Assembly: GCF_052425735.1 (NCBI RefSeq)
Contig: NC_135768.1
Span: 18,910,001-18,974,000 of the forward strand
DNA: 64,000 nt
Reading direction: 5' to 3'
Origin: Oculina patagonica
Taxonomy: Eukaryota
Shown here: piece after piece, positions 49,001-62,300 of the stretch
Layout of the letters: each line of letters begins with the position of its first letter
Position numbering within the stretch: position 1 is the stretch's first letter
The notes under the pieces: model-generated
The model's database searches: none
What the model was told of the DNA's origin: nothing
The model's input: only the letters and a program-made list of their open reading frames with translations
Position numbers and translations under genes: made by a program

Positions 49001-52000
49001 AAGGATCTCCCCTCACCCCTCTGTGAGAGTTTGAGAATGGCTTTCAACTTACCGATGATAGTCTGTCCTGTATAATTTTCACTATCTGCTCTCTTGTGTA
49101 TGGTGCAAAGTGAAGAAGCTCTGGTTTACCTTGTAATTCAAAAATTACAAAGTATATTAGTCAAGGAAATATGTTTTTGGACTCAATTTGGTATATTGAA
49201 GTTCTACTCCATTAAGCGAGGATTAAATACATGAAATCTATTACTGAAACAAATTGAAATTTTCAAAGTGTTAAGTTAAACATTTATTCACTTAAAAAAA
49301 AAGATACTTACATTTAGGTCTAGCTTGCAGTCGGGGAAGAATTCTGTCTGTTAAATCCAAGGCATTTGCAATTCCTTGAAGAAAAAGTTGTTTAAAAAAA
49401 CTAATTATAAATTTTGTACCACAATTTGGAAAGAAAGAAAAAATGTAATGGTACTGGCATCTACTTACCAATTAAAATAAGCTTTGATTTCGGCAAAGAG
49501 GGCCATTCAAACATGGTGTATAAAATTTCTTGGTGTTTTGATTCAAGTTGATCCATCTCATCCAAGATGATGATTCTAAAAAGAAAAAAAAATAGTCAAA
49601 TTTTTCAGACATGACATTTCCACTCTAATGTCACATAGAATGACTGATCTAAATCCTAATTAAAATAACAATAATTAGAACCTATACCAAAGTGCAATCA
49701 TGTGATAAATGTATAATACCATAGGCCTTAGCAGTAAAATAGAGCAGTATGTAAAAGTGTAGGAATCATAAAATGTAATGTACCTTGTGAGTTTTGATGA
49801 AGAAAATTCTTCTTCCAGAAACTTCTGTGTGGTCTTTGCTGGACAGTTGTCTTCACCCACTAGCTCAACAGCTATTTTCTTGAAAATATCTTGAGGTTGT
49901 TTTAGGGCCATGCAGTTGATGAAAATTACTTGGCACTTCTTGATCTCAGCCTATGGAAAATTAGAGATACATAAAAGTTATTTTATAAAACTCAGTTCTA
50001 AGAGTGACAATCATCTAGTAGTGATTTCACCTTACAGTGTCAATACATTGTCAAGTCAACATGTGGTGAAAATATAGAAAATCATCAAATTTATAGAACT
50101 ACAGTTGGACCACTCTACAAAAGCCACCAAGGATACAGTGTTAGGGGGGTGTTGCAGGGAGAATTTGAAAAGATGCAAAGAGGGATTAGAGCAGTATTCA
50201 ACATTCTCGTCCCCAGAGCCACTTGTCCCACTTAGCCGGTGGAGCTTGTGCACGAGGAACAAGTAGTCTGGGGACACATGATTTGATTGGCTGGATTTTA
50301 ACAAAAGCAAAAAGAACTTTTTAAAATCCCTTTGGTGTATGAGGATTTAAAACGGTTGATTTGATTGGATAGATTTGAAACTCCCTTTGTAAAAATCATG
50401 TGTCCCCAGAGCCACTTGTTTCTCATACACAGGCACCACCAGCTAGCTAGGAGGGACAAGTGGCTCTGGGGACAAGAATGGGTGTTCAACTGAGTATTAA
50501 AAAGCCAACACCAAAGTAATCACTCTAGCCAATCACAATAAATACACACAATACAGTGAACCAATCAAAATTCAAAGCAACTACATGAGGCTGGCATGGA
50601 GCATGGGAAAATGTGTGTAAGAAAAAATTTCTGGTTACCTTCATCTCAAGCATGATCTTTGTCAAACAAGCTGTTTTTCCAGTTCCTGGTGCACCTGATA
50701 TGTAAAGACTTCCTGGCTTTCCTTTTGGCAGATGATTTTGCAGAAAAGTTCTAATTTCTGTGATCTCTTTCTCGCGACACAACAAGTTGTCTGGGTGGGA
50801 AGAATGGAGAACTCTCCTTACTGTGGAATATTGATGACCTGAAAGGACAACCATTCCAAATAGGTAATGATTATTTTTTGGTTTCTCATCATTATTCAGG
50901 ATAGTTGTTCCATATGGCATGAATACCGTGAACAGGCTTGTTCAGTTAAAACTGGTATACAAAGCCGGGTTAGCAAATTTACGGTGAACAGGTTAGCACG
51001 GTTGTCTCTGAACAACTGAAATTAAGATGTTGAATTATGCCACTTGAGCAAGTTATGTGACTGTTTATATCGCCATCATACAAATTTAAAACTAGCATAT
51101 GTGCAACATAAACAGCAACAGCATGCGCATCCACTAACACTTAAAATTTTTTATCAGGGAAACAGTCGTTTTGCTTCTTTACTGAAAAATCAAATCATTT
51201 GATCATATGTTTCCCCATAGTCTAAAATATAAAGATAACATAATTGAAAACATGAATCATTTATCCATAAGGCAGATTACAGAAAGTGTGTAGGTATGTG
51301 AATAATAAAATTTATTATATATTTGAATATGTTTCTTACCATCTTGGCGAGCAAGGGAAAGCATCTGCTTTGCTTCTGAGGTCTTTGTTGCTGGTGATTT
51401 TGTCTTTGGTGTTTCAGGATCTTGAAATTTAGAAGAAAGCACATTAGTGTCAAGTTTTTAAATAATCTAAAATTATCTGTATTATGACATTCTGCAATTA
51501 GATACCGGGTAATTCCTTATTGCGGTGCAAGTCATACTACTGCCACCCAAATAAGATTTCTATGTTGTTTTGACATTTTCTTAACAGCTTTCCAATGGGT
51601 TCTGTTGGCCAATCAATGTCTGAAATGGTCAAGGGTGGTTTGTTGTCATAGCAATGGCATTTGTTGCTGTATCAACTCCTGCCCAACCCACCCCTTGATG
51701 GGCCAAATCAAATAGAAGCTATCACAAAGTTGTTAAAAAAAGATGTCGAAAATTATTTGCAACTTTGTCGAGTGGTTAACAGTATGCTACACATCTTCAG
51801 TGGTATGATTAACATCCTCATCATCTTGGGACAAACATCTTGACAAAAAACGTACTTCTCTCAAAGAGAATTAAAAAATATATGGAAAACATTAAGGAGA
51901 ATTTCAATGTTGGTCTGTCATTACATACTATCCTGACCTGCAAATGAAAGCCTCTTTTTAGGATCGGCATTCTCTGTGTCACTGGAAATCACATCTTCAG

Positions 52001-52997
52001 GTTTTCCTTTGTTGTTCTTTCTCTTCTTTGGAGATACAGTAACTGGGGTTTGAGAAGCTGAAAGGAAGCAAATCACTTTTGTAACTGAGTACTAGAAAGA
52101 CCTAGAAAGACTTGAAATTAAGATCTGATGTCTTCGAAATCATAAGCTACTAACAATAAAACGGGTTCAGAGGTTGTCCTTTGAAGAGCTTTCGAGAGGC
52201 AGTTAGGGTTTATGAAAAAAGGAAAAGCGACACCCGAACAACGGTTGTGAAGGAGTTCACTGCAAACCGTGGCGGCATCTTGGATGAGTGTGACACGATT
52301 TTTGTGGAAATTTAAGCTTTAAAGTCTCGATGCAATAAAAAGGAAATAAATGCTATCAGAAAGGGTTTCATATAGTTATAACAAGCGAAAACAACCCAGT
52401 AAATTTGCACTCCAGTAGAGAATGGGTCAGATACTATAAAAGCTTTTGTGTTGCGAAGCTGATGTTTGCATACAAATTAGCCGACAACCGTAATCGAATT
52501 AGTCCTTGTAAATGCCAATCGACGAAATTACTAGCATTTTAGGATAGAAATTTCGACATAAAGTCGACAATGTTAACTCTGAATTGTGAAAAAGGCAGCG
52601 TTATCAACGATCTCGAAATTTTCCCTGTTAAGTTCAACATGCGTAAGCTTTAATATTGCGCGGGAAATAATAAATGGCTGAAGAGGATTAAATGGCCGTT
52701 GTAGATTTCAATTTAGAAATGTTGTCGATTTCTGTAGTAAAGAAATCGGAAATCTTTACATAACTTACTGAGCTTTTTCAAATTGAGAATGAACGAATTG
52801 AAATAAAGAAGGACAAATGTCTTGAGCTTACCTTTGGAAGGTTCGCGTCGCTTTCGAGGTGAAATCGAACACGCTTGCGCTTGTGGTTGCTTGCTTCGAC
52901 TTGTCTCGATCGTTCCTTCGATTTCCTTCTGCTGCGATCGAGTCTTCCGAGAACGGAATTCGATTTGCTTCTGACTACTTCGAGTAACTCGAGGCAT
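46091..52997 (-). CDS. CDC6: Cell division control protein 6, 13 exons, 536 aa
   Basis: Exons 52997-52832, 52057-51938 (KKRLSF Cy-like motif), 51420-51340, 50838-50639 (Walker A SLYISGAPGTGKT), 49950-49784, 49575-49469 (Walker B IILDEMDQL), 49374-49312 (IANALDLTDRILPRL), 49129-49053, 48458-48355 (GDMRKALDICR), 47868-47804, 47638-47424 (PLQQK), 46859-46719 and 46195-46091; phases consistent. Confidence 0.96.
46905..47370. repeat. 34-bp minisatellite, about 13 copies, in CDC6 intron 11
   Basis: Unit tcataggtctgcaatgtgtgcagagtatcaagaa. Confidence 0.92.
50202..50480. mobile_element. MITE CATTCTCG...AGAATG with degenerate 9-bp TSD
   Basis: TIR cattctcgtccccagagccacttgtccc / gggacaagtggctctggggacaagaatg; flanks agtattcaa / ggtgttcaa. 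Confidence 0.8.
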
Positions 52998-53322
52998 CTT
53001 AACAAAATGGAGAAGAATAAGAAACTACAACCCTTGATTACTCGAACGATCAAGCGATGAACGAGCTAAACTTTGCATATGAAATGAATGAAAGCATCAT
53101 GGGGACCTAAATATTCGCGCGAAAATCACTCAACCAATCAGAGCGCAATACAGGATTTTGACGCCGCGGGAAAATATTTTCTGGTCAGCGATGTACTCCA
53201 AGAAAGCAGCTGACCTCCGCCATTTTGATTCCGAAAAAACTGAAAAGACGAAGAGAAGAGGAAGGCTTTTAATTGGAATCTAACATCTGTGAACTCACAG
53301 TTTGCGCCAGTGGATATAAACA
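52998..53322. promoter_or_regulatory. Putative bidirectional CDC6/UBA5 promoter with E2F, CCAAT and YY1 motifs
   Basis: 325 bp between divergent ATGs; ttcgcgcgaaaa 53114-53125, CCAAT 53134-53138, gcgggaaaa 53166-53174, ccgccatttt 53217-53226. Confidence 0.75.
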
Positions 53323-56300
53323 ATGGCGGATGAGATCGAAGGGCTGAAAGCTAAGATTAAAGATCTGGAAAATGCGCTTGAAATCGAACGAAAACGCAAG
53401 GGCCCGATGAGAAAGAAAATTGGTCAGATGAGCTCCGAAGTTGTCGACAGCAATCCATACAGGTTAGAGAAATGATCTTGAAAATTTTGTCGATTAACTT
53501 AGGTGTTAAGGTGGAAGGCAATAAAGGAACAACCACTGTGGTCATTAATTTTCATTCTACGGTTCATGTATTGTTTTAACATTTATTATGTGAGATCCCG
53601 GTGGTCGATCTTGAAGCGAATCTGAAGACCATCGAATAAACAAAGAATTCTTGGTTTTCATGTTACGTCATAAAATTCTGAAATCAAAATTGACTAGGCC
53701 TGCTAAATTTTCGTTGTCATTAGGCGAAAGATAAACTAAAAATATATATTTTTGCAAATTTCCAGATCGATAGTGTCATTCGTTTTTAAAACAGAGCATT
53801 TTGAATATTTGAGTTCTCCGTCGTATGTGACATCAAGCTGAGTGCCGTGACAAAGCTGTTTTGTTTGAAAAAAGGCCTTTCCTTTCCATTTTGTGCAGAT
53901 TGAACATTTCAGATATAATAAGTGGTGTTTATGTGAAAGTGTACTAGCTCTTAAGCCAAGGATGGCCGCTGTTGTAAACAGAATTGAGTTCCAGATGGTT
54001 TCTCTGACATCACGGCGGCCATTACTGTGTCCCTCGGCAGGACACAGTTATGGCGGCTCCATACTAAGCTTTATAAATTTGCGTGGAAAGGTTCGGAAAA
54101 TAACTCGCGAACGGTACACCGCACAGACCCGAAACTTGGAGGAATTGTTTATCTATTTATCATCTATAATATTTGAAATTCATAGCTTCTGTAGTTGAAT
54201 GGTTTCGAATTTATTTTTTGATTGCGTGACAGTGAAAACCAGCAATTAGTTACAGTTTTTTGGGTAATGAATTACCTTCTTGAACATGTATTTAAAACAA
54301 ATAAGTCAAGAAAAGCCCTTCCCACTGGTAGCAAGAAAATAAATATAAACGTACGTAACACAATACAAGGTTGTTGGCAGTGTGTTCACAAAAGTAAATA
54401 ATTTTTAAAATTTTGTGTAAACGCAAGTTTAGCTTAATTTTTTTCTTGATCATTTTGGCCGGCTGTTCTAGTTCCAGCATATTCTGGTTAAAGCTTTTTT
54501 ACTCGCTTCAGGGCGTGCTAAAAGCAAAAAAAAAAATGTTCATATCGAATTACTTGTAAATTTGTTTTTTTTCCTGAGGTAAAAATATCACAGAATAATT
54601 CACAAATTCTAAAACAGATGAAGAATATGTTGTAATCAAATTGAACGGTTGTTGTTGTTAATAATTTAAAATTCTGCGAGGCTTGAGGTTTAATCCCTGT
54701 ATAAAGTCATAATGTGTGTTTTAAGCTCATTCTTTAAAGTGCATAAAATTATGTATATGTTACTCACTCAAAGTTTTAAAATTATGTTTATATTTGAATG
54801 ATTTAGTAATAATTTTTTGTGTTGATTCTCTCCCTTTCGCGAGCAAACAATACAAATTTTGAATACACTGTGGTCATATGTTGTATTTTGTCATTCAATT
54901 GACATACAAGATAAAATTATGTACCAGAGTACTTTGTAAATTTTGCAGTGTACAGGTAGTAAAACCCCATTCAATGCAAATGCAAGATGAGACATTGGGT
55001 GTTATTTTTCAAGATAATGTTTTTATGCCAGAAACACTGTTAGAATTCCATCCATTTTATATAAAATATATTTTATTCGACGTATAAAATGTGAACCAGC
55101 TGCATCCTAAGTCAGTAATACTCAAGAGTGAATTTCACCTATCTTATTACATGAAATTTAATTCACAGGTCATGAATTTCTGCATTTTTGTGAAAATTTG
55201 ATATCACAAAAAAATAAATGTTTTTTTTACTGGAAGAAATGTTTCACAAATTCTCCAAATTCATGGAAATTACATGTAAGCTCCACAAAATGTTACCCTT
55301 CCAAAATTTGGGTATTAAGTTGTCACAAAAATTTAATACAGTATAATAAGATACTTGAATTAATTCCTTCTCCCCCACTGAGGAATAGAGCTATAAAAAA
55401 TTGAATTCAGTCTTTTTAATTGTTCCTTAGTTTCAATTTGCACTGCTTGCAATAGCCTGCAGCATTTCTTAAGGGCAGCATCTTATGTGTGCAGTATTTT
55501 TTAATATACTGTACAAGTTTATATTTTTTGTGCCTTTTGCTAAAGGGTGCAATGGCCCTTAAATCGTCCAAGACTTACTTGTAGATTGGAGTATACATGG
55601 GTTTCTATAGACTGAACATCAGCAAACGGGCAAAGTGGTCTGATGGTCAGTGTGCAGTGGACTCCAGATTGAGTAGTCCAGGTTTGAATCCTGGCCGGAG
55701 TCACTGTGTTGTGTTCTTGGCAAGACACTTTACTCTCATTATGCCTTTCTCTACCCACATAAATTGGTTCCAGTGACTTAAATGCTGATGGGGACGGGCG
55801 GGGCAGGGGGTGGGGGTGGTAACCCTGCAATCCGCATGTATCCAGAGGTAGTAGAAATACTCTTAGTTACAAGTTTCATGCTACAGACACTGGCCTGATG
55901 GCATGGGCCACTACACTGGACCCACCAAAACTGAAAGATAATTCAGACTGGATCTACCAACCTGATGAGATCTACCAGCCTGACTGGACTTGCCAGTCTG
56001 ATGGGACACTAGAATGGACCCACTGGCCTGGCGGGCCACTTAACTGGACCCACTGGCCTTGTGGACCACCAGACTGGACCCACCTGCCTGATAGGCCACT
56101 GGACTTGACCTTCAGACCTACTAGCCTTATGGGCCATTTTACTGGACCCACCGGGCTGTTAGACTCAAAACACACACTCACATTGTAACCTTGCCTTACA
56201 AACTGTTATTATTTACGGTGGCTGAATACAGTTCTTACGTGGCTCAAAGGCACGTGCTACGATTTTCTGCTTGACGTCAATATTGCTTGCGTGAGCTAAA

Positions 56301-59300
56301 ATGGTGCAAGCAACTCTAAACAGAAAAACCTGGGACAGAAAACAATATGACAAAAAAGGTGAATAAACAACCGACAGAGAAGTTCTAATTCTGTCTTTCA
56401 TTATCGCTCGCTACGCATGGCGTCATATTAGCGCACGCTCGTACACACAATTTGTTTCGCTTTGGAGGTCGTAAAAGCCAGATTTTGATCCAGATTTTCT
56501 CGAAAACCTACCGTACAACCTATTATGAAACTTACACAATTAAATTTAAGGGGTGAACCACGTCCACAGCCAAAATTTTGAAAAAATCTGTAAGACAGAT
56601 TTTGAGCTATTTTAAAAATCGGCAAAATATCACATTTTCCTATTTTGCGAAAAATCTGTCTTACACATTTTTTTATCATTTTGCATGAATGATAAATCAA
56701 AGCCAATTTCTTATTTCTGAAATTTTGAGGTAGGGTCGTATGGGTAGATTTTGAGAAAAACGCCGTTTAAACTACTAATGCCAGTCCCCTCTTAAGCACT
56801 CGACTGTTCATTTAAGCTGTTTATTAGCATTTTTATTTTCCAAATATTGCAATTAGATAATTTTAGGATACTTGATTTACAGTGATAAGAGAAAGACAAA
56901 ACTTTTCTGGAGATTGTACAAGAGAGTTAATGGTTGGACTGATTTGCCCTCTCAAAAATGTATTAAGGACGTTTGCGCCAAAATTTTCTACTCGATAGAT
57001 TTCTTTAAAATTTTAACTGTGGTCAGATAATGAGTTACTTGTGTCAGAAATGCAAAAAAAAGTTGGGGTCACCGACTTCGTTTTGGAGATAAAGCGTGTG
57101 GAAAACTACAGTTAACTGTGAATTAGAAAAATTGGCGCACGTTATTCAGCATGGTTTATAGGGTTTATAGTTAAAAATATCGAAGATGAGTAAATGGAGG
57201 CAAACGATCTTATTCACATTTTGGAGAAGTGTTTCTGTTGCGTAAGTAATGTCTAGTTTTTCCATCTTTTTTGTAAAATTTAACCCTGGAAAAAGGCATT
57301 TGAAACCATCGTACGGCAAAAAGAAAAGCTCAAAAACCGGGAAATCTTTTTTCCGAGTATTTGACTTGTGGCCACTTCTCCACTTATTTTCAACCTAATA
57401 ATGAGTGTGTGTTTTTTTGTTTTGTTTTATCAGTCGATTGATGGCATTGAAAAGAATGGGAATAGTGGACAACTATGAGGTGAGACCTACTACTGTTGTA
57501 GTTCTAGCTTTTAAAGTCTGTGGATGAAACCTAAGTGTGAAACCATTTTACGTGTATATTTTATAAATGCAAGCTATTGAGCAGTACTTTCATGTGGCAC
57601 TGTTTATTGTGCTACACAAGGTGGTTGTAATTTTTAAGTCTGTGAAAGAAACCCTAGTGTGTGTGGCCATTAAATAAAGCTAGCAGTGCTTTCATGTGGT
57701 ACTGTTTATTATGCTGTTCAAGGTGGTTCTACCGGTAACTTTTAAGTCTGTGGATGAAACCCTCGTGTGTGACCACTCAAATGGACACTATTGAGCAATA
57801 CTTTCATGTGGTACTGTTTATTAAGCTGTACAAGGTGGTTATATCTTCAAGTCTAGATAAAACCCTAGTGTGTGAAAGCTATCGAGGAGTGCTTTCATGT
57901 GGTACTGTGTACTGGTACTGTTTACTGGTACTGTTTACTATGCTGTTCAAGGTGGTTCTAACCTTTACGTCTGTGGATGAAACCCTAGTGTGTGACCCTT
58001 TAAATGCAAGCTATTAAGCAGTACCTTCATGTGTTTATTATGCTGTTCAAGGTGGTTCTAACTTAGTCTGTGGATGAAAGTACTTTTAGTGTTCAACCAC
58101 TCGACTGCAAGGTACATCCCTTGTTCATCCACACGTAATACTGTGATTTCTTGTGGTACTGTTTGTGTAACAATACAGTATTGATTTTTTCAAACTGATT
58201 TTTTTTTTCGTTTGAATTTATGTAGAAAATTCGTGACTACACTGTGGTGATTGTGGGTGTTGGTGGAGTGGGCAGTGTCACAGCGGAAATGTTAACAAGA
58301 TGTGGAATAGGGAAGGTAACAAACCATTCTTTTACATAAATTATGTGTTTTATTGCACCATTCAAGTTGTACATGCCCATTAGAATTTTTTCTAAATATA
58401 TTTGAATTCTTCTTTTTTCACAGCTGTTACTTTTTGATTATGATAAAGTGGAACTTGCAAACATGAACAGGTAAATCTAAGCATAAGAAGAACACAGGGA
58501 ACAAGTTTTTTTTTTTGCCTTATTTCAGGTTCAGGGAGCAGGAATGGCACAGTGGTGAGAGCGCTTGCTCCTCACCAGTGTGGCCCGGGTAGTGATTCCC
58601 AGCCCTGGCATCATATGTGAGTTTTTCTGCAGGTTCTCTGACTGGTTTTCCTCTGTCAACAAAAACCAACACTTCTAAATTCCAATTCCAACGGGAACAG
58701 TGGATAAAGAGCCACTCTGTGGAAATGCCAGTGCAAATTCTCATATTTACTTATTTATTTATTTATTTATGTATTTATTTATTTATTTATTTATTTATTA
58801 GTTATTTATAATAAGTGATTTTATAATTCATAGTAAACCAGATTACTCTTTCTCAAGAAAATTTAACACTTTTATTTCAGGTTGTTTTTCCGTCCTGATC
58901 AGTCTGGAATGAGCAAAGTAGAAGCAGCTGTAAACACGTTAAGGTGAGCAGTATTGTTTGATTAGACCCAGAATGCTGTAAGCCTCAATGCTTTCTTCGC
59001 TCTCCTCTCAATAATAAGATTAGTTTTACTGTAAGTCAATAAAATTGTGACCCTCCGTACGAAAATACCTCTTATCAAGCATTGTAAATTAGTGAAACCG
59101 GGTTTTTAAGTGACCTCAAAACACCCTAGGTTCGATTTCCAGCCGCTTTTTCGGAAAAATGAGCCCACAGTCATCCCCCATCTAACTCGGGGAGGAACAA
59201 AGACCAGACCCGAGAAGGCGGTGGAAATCGAGCCTACAAACACCCCAAAAACGCTTTTGTTGATTAGATGTGTTTTTCCTAAGGAGGGGTCACAATTAAT

Positions 59301-62300
59301 CTTGCAGGACATCATTCTTCTATTGATTATAATAAGAAACTCAACCATTCCATTGGAAATCCACAAATCTGATTGGTCCTCCCATTGTTTTCTATTCGCT
59401 GAAAGAGCACCATCATGTGTGTGTGTTTTTAAAGGGACAATTATCTTGATTTTTGGCTCAAAAATACACAAAATTGTGGGTTTTCAACTGTAATACTTTA
59501 GAGTTTCTGCTATTTAGAGCAATTACACTACTCGCCCTCATTTTTCTTTGAGCGATAGTCGACTCGACTGCGCCTTGTTGACTATTCACTCATAGGAAAT
59601 GTATAGTCTAGTAGAGGGGGGTGAATAGGTTTGCGGATCGACGGATTTGGCCTTAAAAAGCGCACAGATTGTGGATTTTTGCAAAATATTGAGCAGATTT
59701 GCGGATTTCGAAAATATAGCGGATTGCGGATTACCTGAGAATTTTGGAGCAGATTTCGGACTCTTCATGTCAGGAAGTTCAGATCGTGGATACTAAACGA
59801 CGTTCGGATCACTTTGGTCGGTCTTTGTCGGTATGTTGGCGGAATTGTCGAAAAAACAAGCAATGAAAAAAAACTTCTTGAAAAATTGGCATGAAAACAA
59901 CATTTACTGTCCGTTGGAGTGAAACAACAGTATACCACACAAAGTTTTCATGTAATGTGGATTCGGATTTGAACTAAAATAGTGACGGATTGACGGATTT
60001 AGTCAAAAAATAGCCAGGATTGGCAGATTTGCGTACCCTTATTCACCCCCTCCCTAGTAATTATTTTTAAATACCATATTAATTCCCATCCTGATTGGTC
60101 AAAAGCTTAAATATCAAGTAAACCATATGGATATTACAGAAAAGCAATATGTTGCTGTTATGCAAGTACAAGGCTTTGGATTTGATATTAACAATACAGT
60201 CATATTTGTTTTATTCAAACTGTCTTCTAGAGATATTAATCCTGATGTTGAATTTGAAGCTTACAACTATGACATTACATTACTGGAAAATTTTAAGCAC
60301 TTCTTATGTAGAATAAGGTAAGCTGAGCAGTTAATGTTAGTAATAAAAAAAATAAAATCATTTATTGTTATTTCAGGCTATATATGTTCACGCAGGACTG
60401 ATCCAAAATTGAACTGGTGAACAGACTGGAGCTGCCTGTTTACTGAGCACATTTCCTTTAATAAGCTAATAATAAGCTACTCATGTGTGAAATACGCAAA
60501 GTGTATCTTAAGCTTTAAGTTTGGTCTAAGACTAGATCCTTTTACATATAGGAGGGTCCCACTTTGCGAGCATTCCCTAAACAGACCAGTCTACATATTA
60601 GGTGTTTTGTTGAGACCACATGCAGGTCCAGTTTGGGGCCCAAGTGGTTCCTAAACTGGACCATCCCACTTTCTGCAGGTCCAAAAATCAAGCCAGATTG
60701 CAACTGGATAGTCAATTGGTCCTATATGAATGAAAAGCTTGCTGGTTTGATTTTAAGCCCAGATCCATTTGGAACAAGATACATTTGGACATACATTGTA
60801 GTCCATCCTGTTATTTTTTAACCCAATTTCTTGTTAGCAACAACGAATGTAGCCTCCCACACAGTCGTTTTTAGGGGCGATTGTGTTTCACTCCTCCTCT
60901 AAAAACGACTGCGTGGGAGATTGAGGCTACATCGAATGCAATGATAAGGTACATTATAAATATTCAGGGGTGGGGGGTGGGAAAGGGTAAGTACTTGGAA
61001 ATGTTTGGGTGGGATTCCTTTGTTAGGGTCTAGGAACCCTACCCCATCTCAGATCAAAAAAAGCTTGCTGCAACTACCTCTCAGACTAAACACTTTATTT
61101 GTATACCCCATGAATGAATGAATGATAACTTTATTTCAACTCGGGTTGATGAGCAAGATTATGCTAATTTACCGAGAAAAATAATATTTAACGATAAGAG
61201 ACCTCTCAGACCTTAAGTGAATAAAGGTTTATTATTTGACTTAACTTTTTAAAGGATGAATATAATTTATTATTGTAGTGTAATTTTTTTTTGTCATTTC
61301 TTAGCCATGGTGGAAAAGATGAGAAAGCAGTGGACCTTGTGTTAAGTTGTGTGGATAACTTTGAAGCAAGAATGGCAATAAATACAGTAAGACATTGACT
61401 CTTTCATTTGATTTCCATTCATTTCTGTTGATGTTAGTTCTAAGAATTAGATAGTACATGTACATCAAGACAGTTTACACTTGAATGTTGAAAGTAATTC
61501 ACGTTGGCTTGGTTCTGCATAACTATGCTCAGTGATTGGTTTAAAAAAAACTCGCACCAATTTCTCGACCAATTGTGACTCACTCTTACACCTTTTCCTA
61601 CTATATGTATTTACTTCAAGTTTTGATTGGTTCAATGGACTGTCTGTGTCTTTTGCCAGAGTGTTTACTTTGGTTTTGGTTTTATGATACCCAAATGAAA
61701 ACCACTCTATCTTTAAGTTGATGATTTCCTTAATTATTCCTGTCACCTATTTTGTGGTTCGACTTGTCTTCTAACTGTTGAAAATTAGTAGAAATTGTGC
61801 TGATTAATTCAGTGTGGTATTGATGTTGGCTTCTACAGTAAAAAGATTTACAAAATATCTATACCAAAGGCTGTTGATTTAGGCTTACTTCTTGACAGTA
61901 TTCATACTGATGAGTTTGTTTTAAGAGTAAATCAGATGTGGATTTTACCTTGGGAATTATGAGGGATCTATTAATTAATTTGGTCTGGACATAATAATAA
62001 TTATGCTGTGGATGGTACTCCTTTAATTGGATTTCGTTTCTGTTTTTCACCAGGCTTGTAATGAATTAAACCAACCTTGGATAGAATCCGGTGTGAGTGA
62101 AAACGCTGTGTCTGGTCACATTCAGTTTGTCATTCCTGGAAAAACAGCTTGTTTTGCGGTAAGTCTGCCGTCTACTACATCTATCTGTGGTGGCAGTGTG
62201 GCCGGGTGGTTAGAGCTCTGGACTTGAAATCCGGTGGTCGCGGGTGCAAGTCCCATTCTGGCCACTAGCTGGTGTTGTTCTCGATAGTCCCAAGTTCAAC

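Noticed and set aside
55898-56188. Repetitive WTHWP protein
   Set aside because: Translation of a SINE-derived minisatellite inside an intron.
57754-58017. 87-aa ORF
   Set aside because: Translation of the 104-bp satellite.
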